Sequence record: ON529858.1
Length of the DNA stretch: 64,000 nucleotides
Direction: 5' to 3' (one strand)
Program-made: the position numbers and the translations under genes
Shown: one piece after another, positions 53,883 to 63,416 of the stretch
How the letters are laid out: each line of letters starts with the position of its first letter
How positions within the stretch are numbered: the stretch's first letter is position 1
The notes under the pieces: generated by a model
What the model was told of the DNA's origin: nothing
Databases searched by the model: none
Seen by the model: only the letters and a program-made list of their open reading frames with translations

Positions 53883-54142
53883 CCTCCCTTAGCTTAGTGG
53901 AAGAGCGACAGGACCGTGCAGTAGGGGCCGTTAGGTCCCGCCCGATGCGAACGCCGCTGATTGCAAGCGGCGGCCGAGCAGAAGGTGGGATGAACCGGAT
54001 CGGCAGACGGGAAGAAAGGACCTTGTGTAGGGCGGCCCACTTCAGCCGCGTGAAAAAGGACCTGGGAGACCGGCGGAGCGAAACCCGAAACGCATGGATG
54101 AAGACCTGTAGACCCCGGTTCGAATCCGGCGAGGGAGGACCA
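53883..54142 (+). ncRNA. tRNA-like RNA 2, with a 192-nt segment in place of the anticodon loop
   Basis: Acceptor CCTCCCT/AGGGAGG, D arm GCTT-AGTGGAA-GAGC, anticodon stem ACAGG/CCTGT, T loop TTCGAAT (stem with one bulge), A73 and CCA. Confidence 0.85.
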
Positions 54143-54185
54143 ACCTCATTCAAGAGCGAGATCACGAACAGCATAGGAGGACACG

Positions 54186-54701
54186 ATGACCGACCAGCGC
54201 ACGAACCTGGAAGCCACCGACACCCCTCTGTTCCTCGCCGTCCAGATGATCGCCCGCGCCGGACTGGCTCATGGGTCGACCATGCTGGAACCCAGCGCCG
54301 GCACCGGCGCCATCGCCTCCGTCGCCAAGGCCACCGGCGTCGACGTCTGCATGGTCGAGTTGAACGCCCAGCGCGCGACAGACCTCCACAACCGCGACCT
54401 CGGGCCTGTCTGGTGCGGCGACTTCCTGTCGCTGCAACCGGGCCATTTCGCTCTCTTCGGCAAGCCGGCTCCGCTGTCCTTTGACGCGGTGGTCATGAAC
54501 CCGCCGATCAACGCTCATCCCCACGTCACCCGCGCCATCCAGTTCGTCCGCCCTGGCGGCCGGCTGGTCGCCCTGCTGCACCGCCACATCGCCCAGGGGT
54601 TCTATGACGCCCTGGGCGGCGAGTTCGAAGCCCTGCCCGACGACACCTTCGTCTTCAAGGGCAAGCCCATCCCGGCGGCGATCTGGTCGGTGACCCTGTG
54701 A
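54186..54701 (+). CDS. SAM-dependent amino-methyltransferase-like protein
   Basis: Motif I LEPSAGTGAIA; motif IV FDAVVMNPP(I); PGGRLVALL. Confidence 0.8.
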   Translation: MTDQRTNLEATDTPLFLAVQMIARAGLAHGSTMLEPSAGTGAIASVAKATGVDVCMVELNAQRATDLHNRDLGPVWCGDFLSLQPGHFALFGKPAPLSFDAVVMNPPINAHPHVTRAIQFVRPGGRLVALLHRHIAQGFYDALGGEFEALPDDTFVFKGKPIPAAIWSVTL

Positions 54702-55138
54702 AGTTCGCATGGCGCAAGCCCGGCGGCCTGCCGGAGTGTCCCTATTTCCGCCTGAGCCTGATCGGCCTGTTCGGCTACTCGATCCGCGTCCACGAATGGC
54801 TCGGCGACGATGACCGCGAGGCCCTGCACGACCACCCCCACGACTTCGCCACCCTGGTTCTGAAGGGCGGCTACACCGACGTCACCGACGCCGGCCGAGA
54901 GGTCGTGCGCGCCGGGTCCTTCCGGTTCCGTGCGGCCGAGCACCGGCACGCCGTTCTGGAGGTTCTGCCCGGCACCGTGACCCTGCTGTTCGTCTGGCCG
55001 CCACGCCGGCGCTGGGGCTTCTGGGTTGACGGCAAGCTGATCAAGCGGGACAAGTTCTTCGTGACCAAGGGACACCATGGTTGCGCCCCTGACGGACCGC
55101 GTGTCCGCCGCCGCCCGGACGGGACCCGAGTCACATGA
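54698..55138 (+). CDS. Cupin-fold metal-binding protein
   Basis: ALHDHPHDF..LVLKGGY.D..HRHAV..TLLF..WGFW. Confidence 0.7.
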   Translation: MKFAWRKPGGLPECPYFRLSLIGLFGYSIRVHEWLGDDDREALHDHPHDFATLVLKGGYTDVTDAGREVVRAGSFRFRAAEHRHAVLEVLPGTVTLLFVWPPRRRWGFWVDGKLIKRDKFFVTKGHHGCAPDGPRVRRRPDGTRVT

Positions 55139-55973
55139 GCGACCGACCGAAGGGACCCTATTGGGTCAAGCGCGAGGGCGGCGTCTGGGAGATCGCCACC
55201 TGGGAAGGCTCCTGGTGGAGAACCTTTGAGGACTTCCGCCGCCAGGACGACGACATGACCGTGATCGGTCCCCGCATTCTGAACCCCGATGAGGCCCCAT
55301 GAGCAAGCCCCCGATGTCTCCGCCGCCATCCAGCTACCGGGCGAAGAAGCCCCAGGCGCCTAGCGCCACGTCCTGGAAGCCGTCGAAGGACTTCTGGTGG
55401 ACGTTCGCCTGTGGCTTCGCGGCCGGCGTCCTGGGTCAGATCATTTTCTGGACCGTCGTCAAAGGTCCTTGGCTTTAGAGTGTTGACAGGCTCTCAGGGA
55501 GCGCCTACAGAGGGTTCAACGACGACCTGAAGGAGACCTCCATGACCGTGCCGTTCACCGCCGAAGCCAGCACCGCCCAACTCGACACCCTGGTCGCCGC
55601 TCTGCGCACCTTCCGCGCCGCCGGCACCTCGGGTCGCTATCTGCTGCGCACGGCGGACGGTCGCGTTCTCTGCCACCAGCGCGTGAACAACAACGCCTTC
55701 GAACTCAACGCGCCGACCCTGGCGCTTGAAGGGATGCGCGTCTGGCAGGGGCTGACCCAGAAGGAGATCACGGCCCTGAAACTGCGCTACGAGCGCCAAG
55801 GCGACGGCACGCCGCTGTTCATCACCTGCACCCGCACGATCCTGGAAGCCCAGGAGGCCGCCGTCGAGGCCCTGCTGAACGCAGTGGGCTTTGATCAAGC
55901 CCCGGACCTCTACGACCACGTCGCGGCGGGCGAAGCGGCACAATCTGACCAGCACCTGGAGCACTGGCTGTGA
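55135..55973 (+). CDS. Hypothetical genes (55135-55302, 55299-55478, 55542-55973)
   Basis: Coupled small ORFs; promoter at 55483. Confidence 0.5.
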
Positions 55974-57622
55974 GCGCCGCCCAGGCGAAGACGGTCTGCT
56001 TCACCGTCACCGGCGAGTTCCTGACGGACTTCGCCCGCACCCGCGTGATCGAGGGTCGCTGGGATCACGGCCTGCGCACCCTGGTCGAGGGCCTGCACGG
56101 CATGACGACCGATCAAGCGATCGCGATCCTGAAGGGCGACCAGAAGCTGATCGGCGACTCCAACGTCGGCGTCGACATGGTCCCTGACGACGATGCCGAG
56201 CACAAGGCTGCGTTCGATCGCCTGTTCGCCGGCGTCTATCTCGACTCCGACGGCCGCGTGCTGCGCCCCTATGCGGTGGTCTCCACCTGGGGTCCGGAGG
56301 ACATGAACGCCGAAGAGAAGTTCAATACCAAGGGCTCGGACACGGTCTACCGGCGGTCCGTTGGTGGCAAGCGGCGTGGTGAAGACCTCGCCTATCGGTC
56401 GCTGTTCTACGCTCGCGATCGCCAGCGTGACGTCCTGCGGCAGGTCCGCATTCCGGTCGAGTTCAGCCGCGATCTGCCGCGCCCAGGCGATGTTCAGGAC
56501 GTGCTCTTCCAGGAGGTCCGCAACTACCCGACCATCCTGGCGCCGCACGCGCCGCTGGACGATCCGGACGCGGCGATCGCTGGCTACCTCGCCGCCGGGC
56601 GCCGGCTGGCGGAGGTCGGCTACGTCACCAGCTTCCCGCCCAGCGAGTATCGCTACACGGAGCCGGCGATGGACAAGGAGACCGAGCCCACGCTGAAGCG
56701 CACGATGATGGAACTGCGCACGCCCGAGGACATCGACACCCTGCGCGAGCACCAGATCGAAGTCGCCAAGAAGGGCCGCATCGAAGACGTCGAGGCGATC
56801 CGCGATCAGATCAACGAAGCGGTCGAAACGATCGGCGACACCGAGACAGACACGTCCCTGCGGGTCGAGGCGCTGAACAGCTTCATGGCGCTCAAGAACA
56901 AGGTCGACGTCGCCGCGCTGCGCACCATGATCAAGGCCCAGGCCGGCGACGACACGTTCGACATGGTCGTGGAGGGCAAGACCCACAAGGTCCCGCGCGC
57001 GCCGTTCGAGGGCTGGGCGCTGAACCGCACGGCGTGGTTCCACCTGAAGCCGGCGTGGCAGTGCATCGCCCCGTCGGGTCTGAAGATGGTCGGCGACGAT
57101 CCTTATCACAACGACTGGATGCTGGGCGGCGACTTCCAACTGGAGGACTATGGCTTCGGTGGCGGCACGCCTCTGGCCGAGGCCGCCGGCAAGCACGTCG
57201 AAGAGGTCCAGCGTCGCTACTTCAACGCCGAGGTCCCGGTCCTGTCCGGCGCCGGCACGGTCGAGGGCGTCATCGTCCACCTGAAGCCGGGCGACCGGCT
57301 GAAGGAGGGGCAGATCGGCGTGATCAAGAACGCCGGTCCCGACTACGTCCAGGCCGCCCAGGACGCGATCACCTACCGCTCCGCCCTGATCACCGAGGCT
57401 GGCGGCGCCGTGGCGCACCTCGTGACCGTCTTCCGCGACCAGGACCTGAAGATCGTCCGCGTCCCGAACGCTCGCAAGGTCTACCCCGAGGGCCGGACCG
57501 TCACCGTCTACCTGACGGCGGGCTGCATCCAGGTCAAGGACGACGCCTCGATCATGCGGCTGTCGAACGGGGCGATCATCAAGGACGGCGATGTCGTCGG
57601 CTACGACGAGGCAGGCCTGTGA
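55970..57622 (+). CDS. Protein with C-terminal PEP-utiliser (phosphohistidine swivel) domain
   Basis: G.VEG..VHL....LKEGQIGVI...ALITEAGGAVAHL.TV.R...L..V, with the His retained. Confidence 0.7.
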   Translation: MSAAQAKTVCFTVTGEFLTDFARTRVIEGRWDHGLRTLVEGLHGMTTDQAIAILKGDQKLIGDSNVGVDMVPDDDAEHKAAFDRLFAGVYLDSDGRVLRPYAVVSTWGPEDMNAEEKFNTKGSDTVYRRSVGGKRRGEDLAYRSLFYARDRQRDVLRQVRIPVEFSRDLPRPGDVQDVLFQEVRNYPTILAPHAPLDDPDAAIAGYLAAGRRLAEVGYVTSFPPSEYRYTEPAMDKETEPTLKRTMMELRTPEDIDTLREHQIEVAKKGRIEDVEAIRDQINEAVETIGDTETDTSLRVEALNSFMALKNKVDVAALRTMIKAQAGDDTFDMVVEGKTHKVPRAPFEGWALNRTAWFHLKPAWQCIAPSGLKMVGDDPYHNDWMLGGDFQLEDYGFGGGTPLAEAAGKHVEEVQRRYFNAEVPVLSGAGTVEGVIVHLKPGDRLKEGQIGVIKNAGPDYVQAAQDAITYRSALITEAGGAVAHLVTVFRDQDLKIVRVPNARKVYPEGRTVTVYLTAGCIQVKDDASIMRLSNGAIIKDGDVVGYDEAGL

Positions 57623-60600
57623 TCCAGTATCGCGAACACCGGGGCGGGCTCGCCGAGTCCATGGAGACCCTGAAGACCTTCGCCGACCGCGACGAACTGA
57701 TCCGTCACGTCCTGTCGGCCGTGCGTCCCTACAACCCACACGTCGAGCCGGCGGACGTCCGCGTCATCGCCTATCACCCGCGCCCCGACAGCCGCACCGG
57801 CTGGGAGCGCACGAACATGGTCCAAGTCGCCGGTCAGCCCTGGGGCTACACCGACCTCGAAATCGAAAAGGAGAGCACCGATGCTTAGCACTGGAGACTT
57901 GACGATCGCCATGGTCGCCGGCCCTGACGCCTACGAGCGCATCCAGCGGGACGGCCGGGAAATCCGCCGCCTGCCGATCCAGGAGGGCAAGGATTGGGTC
58001 TACCCGGCGTCCGTCCGCCAGGAGGCCGAGGCCTTGGGCTTCGTCTTCGGCGAGAAGCTGGACGACCTCTTCATCGAAGTGGTCAAGGCGCCCGACGGCT
58101 GGGTCTTCCAGTCGACCGACCACTCCCTCTACACCTCGATCGTGGACGACAAGGGCCGCATCCGGGGGCAGATGGGCGCCCGGACCCTCTACGACACCTT
58201 CGCCGACTACCACTGGCATAGCCGCTACGTCCTCCAGGACGTGCGCGAAGAAGGCTGGTTCGAGAAGTATCAGCCTACCCGCCTGACCAAGACGGTCAAG
58301 CGCAAGGTCCTGGTCGATGACGGCAGTCGCTTGGAACACCCTCAATACCGCGATTCTCACGACCCGTTCGGTGGCTACGTCTACCACCACAAGGAGGCTC
58401 CGGGGCGCTACGAGATGGTGGACGTCGAGGTCGCTCTGCCCGATGCCAAGCAGCCCAAGCCGCAGCCCTATTGGCAGGCCAAGGGCATCCTGGATCGCGA
58501 GACCGGCGAGCACATCTTCCTGTCCGAGAAGATGATCCAGCCGCCGCGAGACAGCCCCAGCTACATGAAGTTCGACGAACGCGAAGCGCGTGAGAAGGAA
58601 CTGTGGGCGGTGGCTGCGGCCGAACTGGATCGCCTGTTTCCGAACCACAAAGACATCACGGCGTATTGGTCATGAGCAAGCCTCGCGCGCTGAAGATGCG
58701 CTTCGTCGCGATCGTCCCGTTCGAGGGCTCCCAGGTCGGGATCGGCCCCGTCAACTCCATGAAGGAGGCGGAGGCGTATGCGAACCTCCACAACGGGTTC
58801 GTCATCCCGATCCTGCGGGTCGACCGTGTCGGCTCCGTCGAGCAGAGGGAAGACTTCAAGCACCCGTTCTGACTTTCTCGGCGCGAGAGTGTTGACAGGG
58901 TTCCGTGTATCCGCTACGTCGCCATGGACGACATAGAAGGAGACCGATTTTGATCCAGCAGTTGACCCGCCGAGAAGTCCGCAAGAGCGTCGGCGCCAAA
59001 TGCCGCGAACTGAAGGCGTCGGGGCGCTGCGTGGCGCTGGAGATCAGCGCGCGGGCGGTTGAGCCCGAGGAAGTCGATGCGGTCGTTGAGGCCTATCGGA
59101 AGATGCGGCTGCGCGAGGTCAACACCTACGCCCAGGTCCAGGTCGTCCCGGTCGGCAAGAAGTTCGGTCTGAACTACGACCGCGCCAACCCCGAGTCGAT
59201 CACCGGTCCCTTCCCGTCGGCGAAGCAGGCTCGCGAGTGGTTCATGCGCGGTGGCCGATGAGCGCCCGGTCCGGGTTCGAGCGCGTCACCCGTGAGGCGC
59301 GCCGCGACTGCCTCGCCATCGTCACGGCGGAGGTCAAGAAGAACCTCCCCGAGGGCTGGCGTGTGGTCCTGGCCGTGGGCTGGGGCATCAGCACCTTCGA
59401 CGCCTCGGGCACGATCACCGGTGAAGACGAGAAGCGGTTCCCGAAGCGGCTGAAGAAGGCGCTGGCCCTGGCGTCGGACTTCGTCGACATCTACGGCCCC
59501 GGCAACGAGCAGATCACGGGATGACCGAGCGCTTCGAACAGGTGGCGACGGAGTTCGCCCACGGGCAGGTCGTCAACGCCGACTACGGCTCCCAGGTTCG
59601 GGTGCTGCTGCGCTCGCCTGACGCGGTGCTGTTCACCGGCGTCGGCCTGAACCTGTGGTCGCCTCGCAAGGACTATTCGGGCGCCCTGAAATCCCTGACG
59701 TTCGCGCGAGTCACCAAGGCCGTGCTCGCCAACGAGAAGATCGTCGCCGCGATCGACGCGGCCTTCGGCGATGGCGCGGCGGCGTGGGCGATGAAGGCCT
59801 GGACCTCCAAGGGCGTCGGGACCATCCTCATCGACGGTGGTGGTGCGGCTCTGCCCCTGCCCCGGCCGGTGCAATCGAAGCTGATCCAGGCGCGACACGC
59901 GGCGGTGACGCCCGACTGGCGCGCAGACCTGACCGGCCAGATCAAGACCTGCCTCCAGTGCGGCGAGAACCTGTCGCCGGTGGTCTCGTGGCACCGCTTC
60001 GGCTACGACGAGAACCCGATCCGACCCAAGACCCTCGCCGACTGCCAGCGCCTGACCAACCATCAGGTCGTGTCGATCCACGGCTACGACACCCGCTATC
60101 CCGACCGGGAGCACGAGATCGAGGCCTTCACCACCTGGGACGGCGAGACGCTGCACGACCCCTACTTCTGCCACGGCGGACGCTGCGCCGCCGCCTACGG
60201 CCGCCGGTTCGCCCAGGCGGTGGTCGCCGGCGCCGTCCCTGCCCTTCCGGCGGACGGGTCTGCGGTCCCTGAGCATGACATCGCCGGCGTCCGATCGGAC
60301 GTCGATCACTACGAAAAGAAGCCCCGCTTCATTGATGGATTCAAAGTATGAGCCTACCCCAAACCCTCTTCCTGCTCGGCGTCGTGTTCGTTTGGTGCAT
60401 CGGCCTGCCCCTGCTGCTGCACTGGCGCAACAAGATCGTGGATCGCGACCGCGATGAACGGCGCCGGCGGGAGGCTCCTGAGCGGAAGTATCTCGTGATC
60501 CCCGGTCCGATGCAGTCGAAGACCGACGGCGACTGGCACGACATCACGGCCTCGCAACTGATCCGGCTCTACGGCGTGCGGTCCGAGGAATGCGTGATCT

Positions 60601-62746
60601 ACGACACCCAGGAGCACCGCACCCAAGAGATTCTTCAGCGTGGCCGGCCGCTCCTGCTCCTGGTCCTGGCACCGCGCTACGACGGCGAATACCGCAAGCC
60701 CGACGGCTCTCCTAACATCAGACCTGCACGCTAACACTGCTGGTGTTATCGAGCAGTTCGAGAGTTATTCGCAACTGACGCTATGCGTTGACAGGCCGTC
60801 AAGGAAGCTGCTACGTCAGTCTCGACGACGAAAGAGGGAGGACCAGATGACCGAAGTGACCAAGCCCAGGCAGACCTACACGGTGATCCTGCGGGATGCC
60901 TCCGACACCTACAAAATCTACTATGTCGAGGCGACGTCCCAGCTTGGCGCCGCGTCCTTCTGCGTGCGTGTCTGGGAGGCCCATGGCGGCACGTCCCCGT
61001 CGATCGAGTTCGTCTTCCTGGGTGAAGTCGAGCCCATGATCGGCGTCGGCGCCTTCTACAAGGGCGAGAAGGTCCTGCGCCTCTATGAGATGGACACCGA
61101 CTCGTGAAGCTGTTCGTCTGGACCGGCAAGAACGTCCTGACCGAGGTCGGCACCGGCCTCGTGGTCGTCGCTGCCGAGGATTTGTTCGGGGCCTGGGAGC
61201 GGCTGAAGCGCGAGGACTACCGGACCTGGGCGTCGCTCTGGCACGGCATCTCCTATGTCGACGATGCCGCCGAACTGGCGCGGCTCGACGAAGACGACTT
61301 CCCCGAGGGCTGGGTCATGCCGCTGCCGACCGAATACGACATCGCCGATCTGCCGGTGCTGGTGAAGCGAGGTTCGTCATGAGCGGCGCCTGGAAGATCA
61401 ACAAGACGGTCCGCTCCCTGCTGGACGACGAGGTCGTCTTCCACGTCGAGCACCTGAGCGACGGCGTCGGGCAGTCCTGGCGAGTCCGCGCGCCACGCGC
61501 CAAGGGCGTGACCAAGGTCGAGGGCGGCATCGACGAAGCCGCCACCGAGGCCATGGATCAACGCGACGCCTTCGACCGCGCCATCCTGTTCGGACGCGGC
61601 TGGTCGGCCGAGAAGACCTCCCTGTTCGATGAAGAGGGCGTCGACGGCTGGCAGTGGTCACACCCCGAGGTCATGCAGGACTACGGCTTCATCGGCGATT
61701 GGGAACAGCCTGCGCCGGTCGAGATGTCGCTGATCGAAGCGGAGGAAGAGCGGCTGAAGAAGGCTGATGCGCCCAAGCCGCCCCGCGCGCCGCTGTCCAA
61801 GTCGATCCCCTATCTGGACCCCGAACTGATCGACACGGCGCCCGGCCGCCGGCTGCTCGCCTGCCGCATGATGGGGACCTACGCCGCCCTGCTCGACAAC
61901 GTCGAAGGCGATGAGCGCGACCGGACCGAACTGAAGAACCTCGCTGTCCTGCTGCTGCGGATGACGCTGCGGCTGAACGACGACGCGACCCTTTCCACCT
62001 CCAGCCTGAACCCCTTCTGATGAGCGCCAAGTCTCCTGTGCATCACGCGGAACTGGCGGCGCTGCGTGACCTCCTGTTGGTGGTCAACGGTCCGTCCCGC
62101 GAACTGGACATCCGGATCGCCAACGTCCTGCTGGCCTGGGATCACCCCTGGGTCTACGTCGACGGAAGCTATCAGGCCGGTTGCCGCACCATCCCCGGCT
62201 CGCGCCGCGAGGTCGTGACGATCAGCGAATACACCCGCTCGCCGTCGGCCGCCTGCGACCTCGCCCTGGTGGTGAACCCGAAAGGCTTCTTCAAAGCCGT
62301 CGAGTGGGCGACGCGCTACGCCGGCGGCCTGAAACTCTACCTGCGCGACGACCATGAATATCCCGCGATCCTGTCGCGCTGCATCTGTCTCTTCCTCGTG
62401 AAGGACGCCCTGGAGAACCCTCGTGGCTGACGAAACCGAACCGACCGTGGTGACCGACGAGTTCCCCTCAACGCCCCTGCCTGAGACGCCGCTTCAGGAG
62501 GCCGCCCGCAAAGCGGGCTGGGAGGCCTCCGCCACGGCCGAGCCGCGTGCGACGGGTCTGCGCCCGCCCATGACCGCCGAAGAGCGTCACGAGGCCGCTC
62601 TGGCGGCTCTACAGATACTCGTCGACATGCACGCCGCCATCCCGCCCCGCGCGCCCGACGAATGCGTCGTCGAGGTCAGCATCACCGTCGGCGACGTGCG
62701 CGCCGCCTTCAACGCCGTTCACGGAATCCGCGCCCATGGCTCGTAA
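57619..62746 (+). CDS. Array of hypothetical genes (57619-57888, 57881-58675, 58950-59261, 59258-59524, 59521-60351, 60348-60734, 60847-61107, 61104-61382, 61379-62020, 62020-62430, 62423-62746)
   Basis: Coupled ORFs; promoters at 58892 and 60788. Confidence 0.55.
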
Positions 62747-63416
62747 ACAACTGCTCTGCTCCCTGGCGTCGATGACGCCCGTCGAGATCGGCGACTACCT
62801 CTACCCCGCCGGCGGGCTGGATGGAAAGCTGGTCGAACTGCGCGACGGCGTCGAGGCCGTGATCGAGATCGCGGACGGGCGCCGCTACTGGACGTCCTGG
62901 GCCGGCGTCGGCCTGTCCTGGGTCGACCAAGAATGGACGAAGCCCCGCTGGGCGTCGCCCGAGCCGTTCCATCACCGGCACTTCAAGAACCCGCTGATGG
63001 TCGCCGTCCTGCTGCTGCCGGTCTACCAAGGCCACGGGCAACCCGGCCTGCTGACGGTCCAGCGCGGCATCGCGCCCCACATCGGCGGCTGGGCTCTGCC
63101 CGGCGGCTACGTCGAACTGCACGAGTCGATCGAGGCGGCGGCCGTGCGCGAACTGCGCGAAGAGACCGGCATCTACCTGGAGCCGCATCAGGTCTCGCTC
63201 TACCATAGCGCCCCGACCAAGGGCGACACGACCCAGGTCTTCGTCCTGGCGAACACCGGCATCAAGATCAGCGAGGTCCGCGACGCCTTCATGGTCTGTG
63301 AGGAGTCCCTGGCGTTCGGCGACACCGTCAAGGTCGAGGACCGGAACCTCTGCTTTCCGACGCACTGCGACGCCGTCGCCCGCTGGCACGCCGTCCAGGA
63401 TGGATACCGCGCATGA
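62736..63416 (+). CDS. Nudix hydrolase
   Basis: GWALPGGYVELHESIEAAAVRELREETG. Confidence 0.88.
   Translation: MARKQLLCSLASMTPVEIGDYLYPAGGLDGKLVELRDGVEAVIEIADGRRYWTSWAGVGLSWVDQEWTKPRWASPEPFHHRHFKNPLMVAVLLLPVYQGHGQPGLLTVQRGIAPHIGGWALPGGYVELHESIEAAAVRELREETGIYLEPHQVSLYHSAPTKGDTTQVFVLANTGIKISEVRDAFMVCEESLAFGDTVKVEDRNLCFPTHCDAVARWHAVQDGYRA

Noticed and set aside
54058-54076. Resemblance of GGAGACCGGC to the cobalamin riboswitch B12 box
   Set aside because: The match is short, the other riboswitch elements were not found and insert 1 fits poorly.
53617-54104. Group I or group II intron assignment for the inserts
   Set aside because: There is no GACUA/UAGUC P7 pair. A U at the 5' splice site with an omega-G fits only RNA 1 (after GGT, before AAGA), not RNA 2. 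The GTGCA in insert 2 is not backed by a domain V. A divergent intron cannot be excluded without Infernal.
53586-54142. tmRNA or permuted Y-RNA (YrlA) interpretation
   Set aside because: Both RNAs keep a full D stem and lack G3:U70, and internal ORFs do not end in a hydrophobic/AA tag. The 3' half of RNA 1 does not pair with the 5' half of RNA 2, so there is no permuted acceptor stem.
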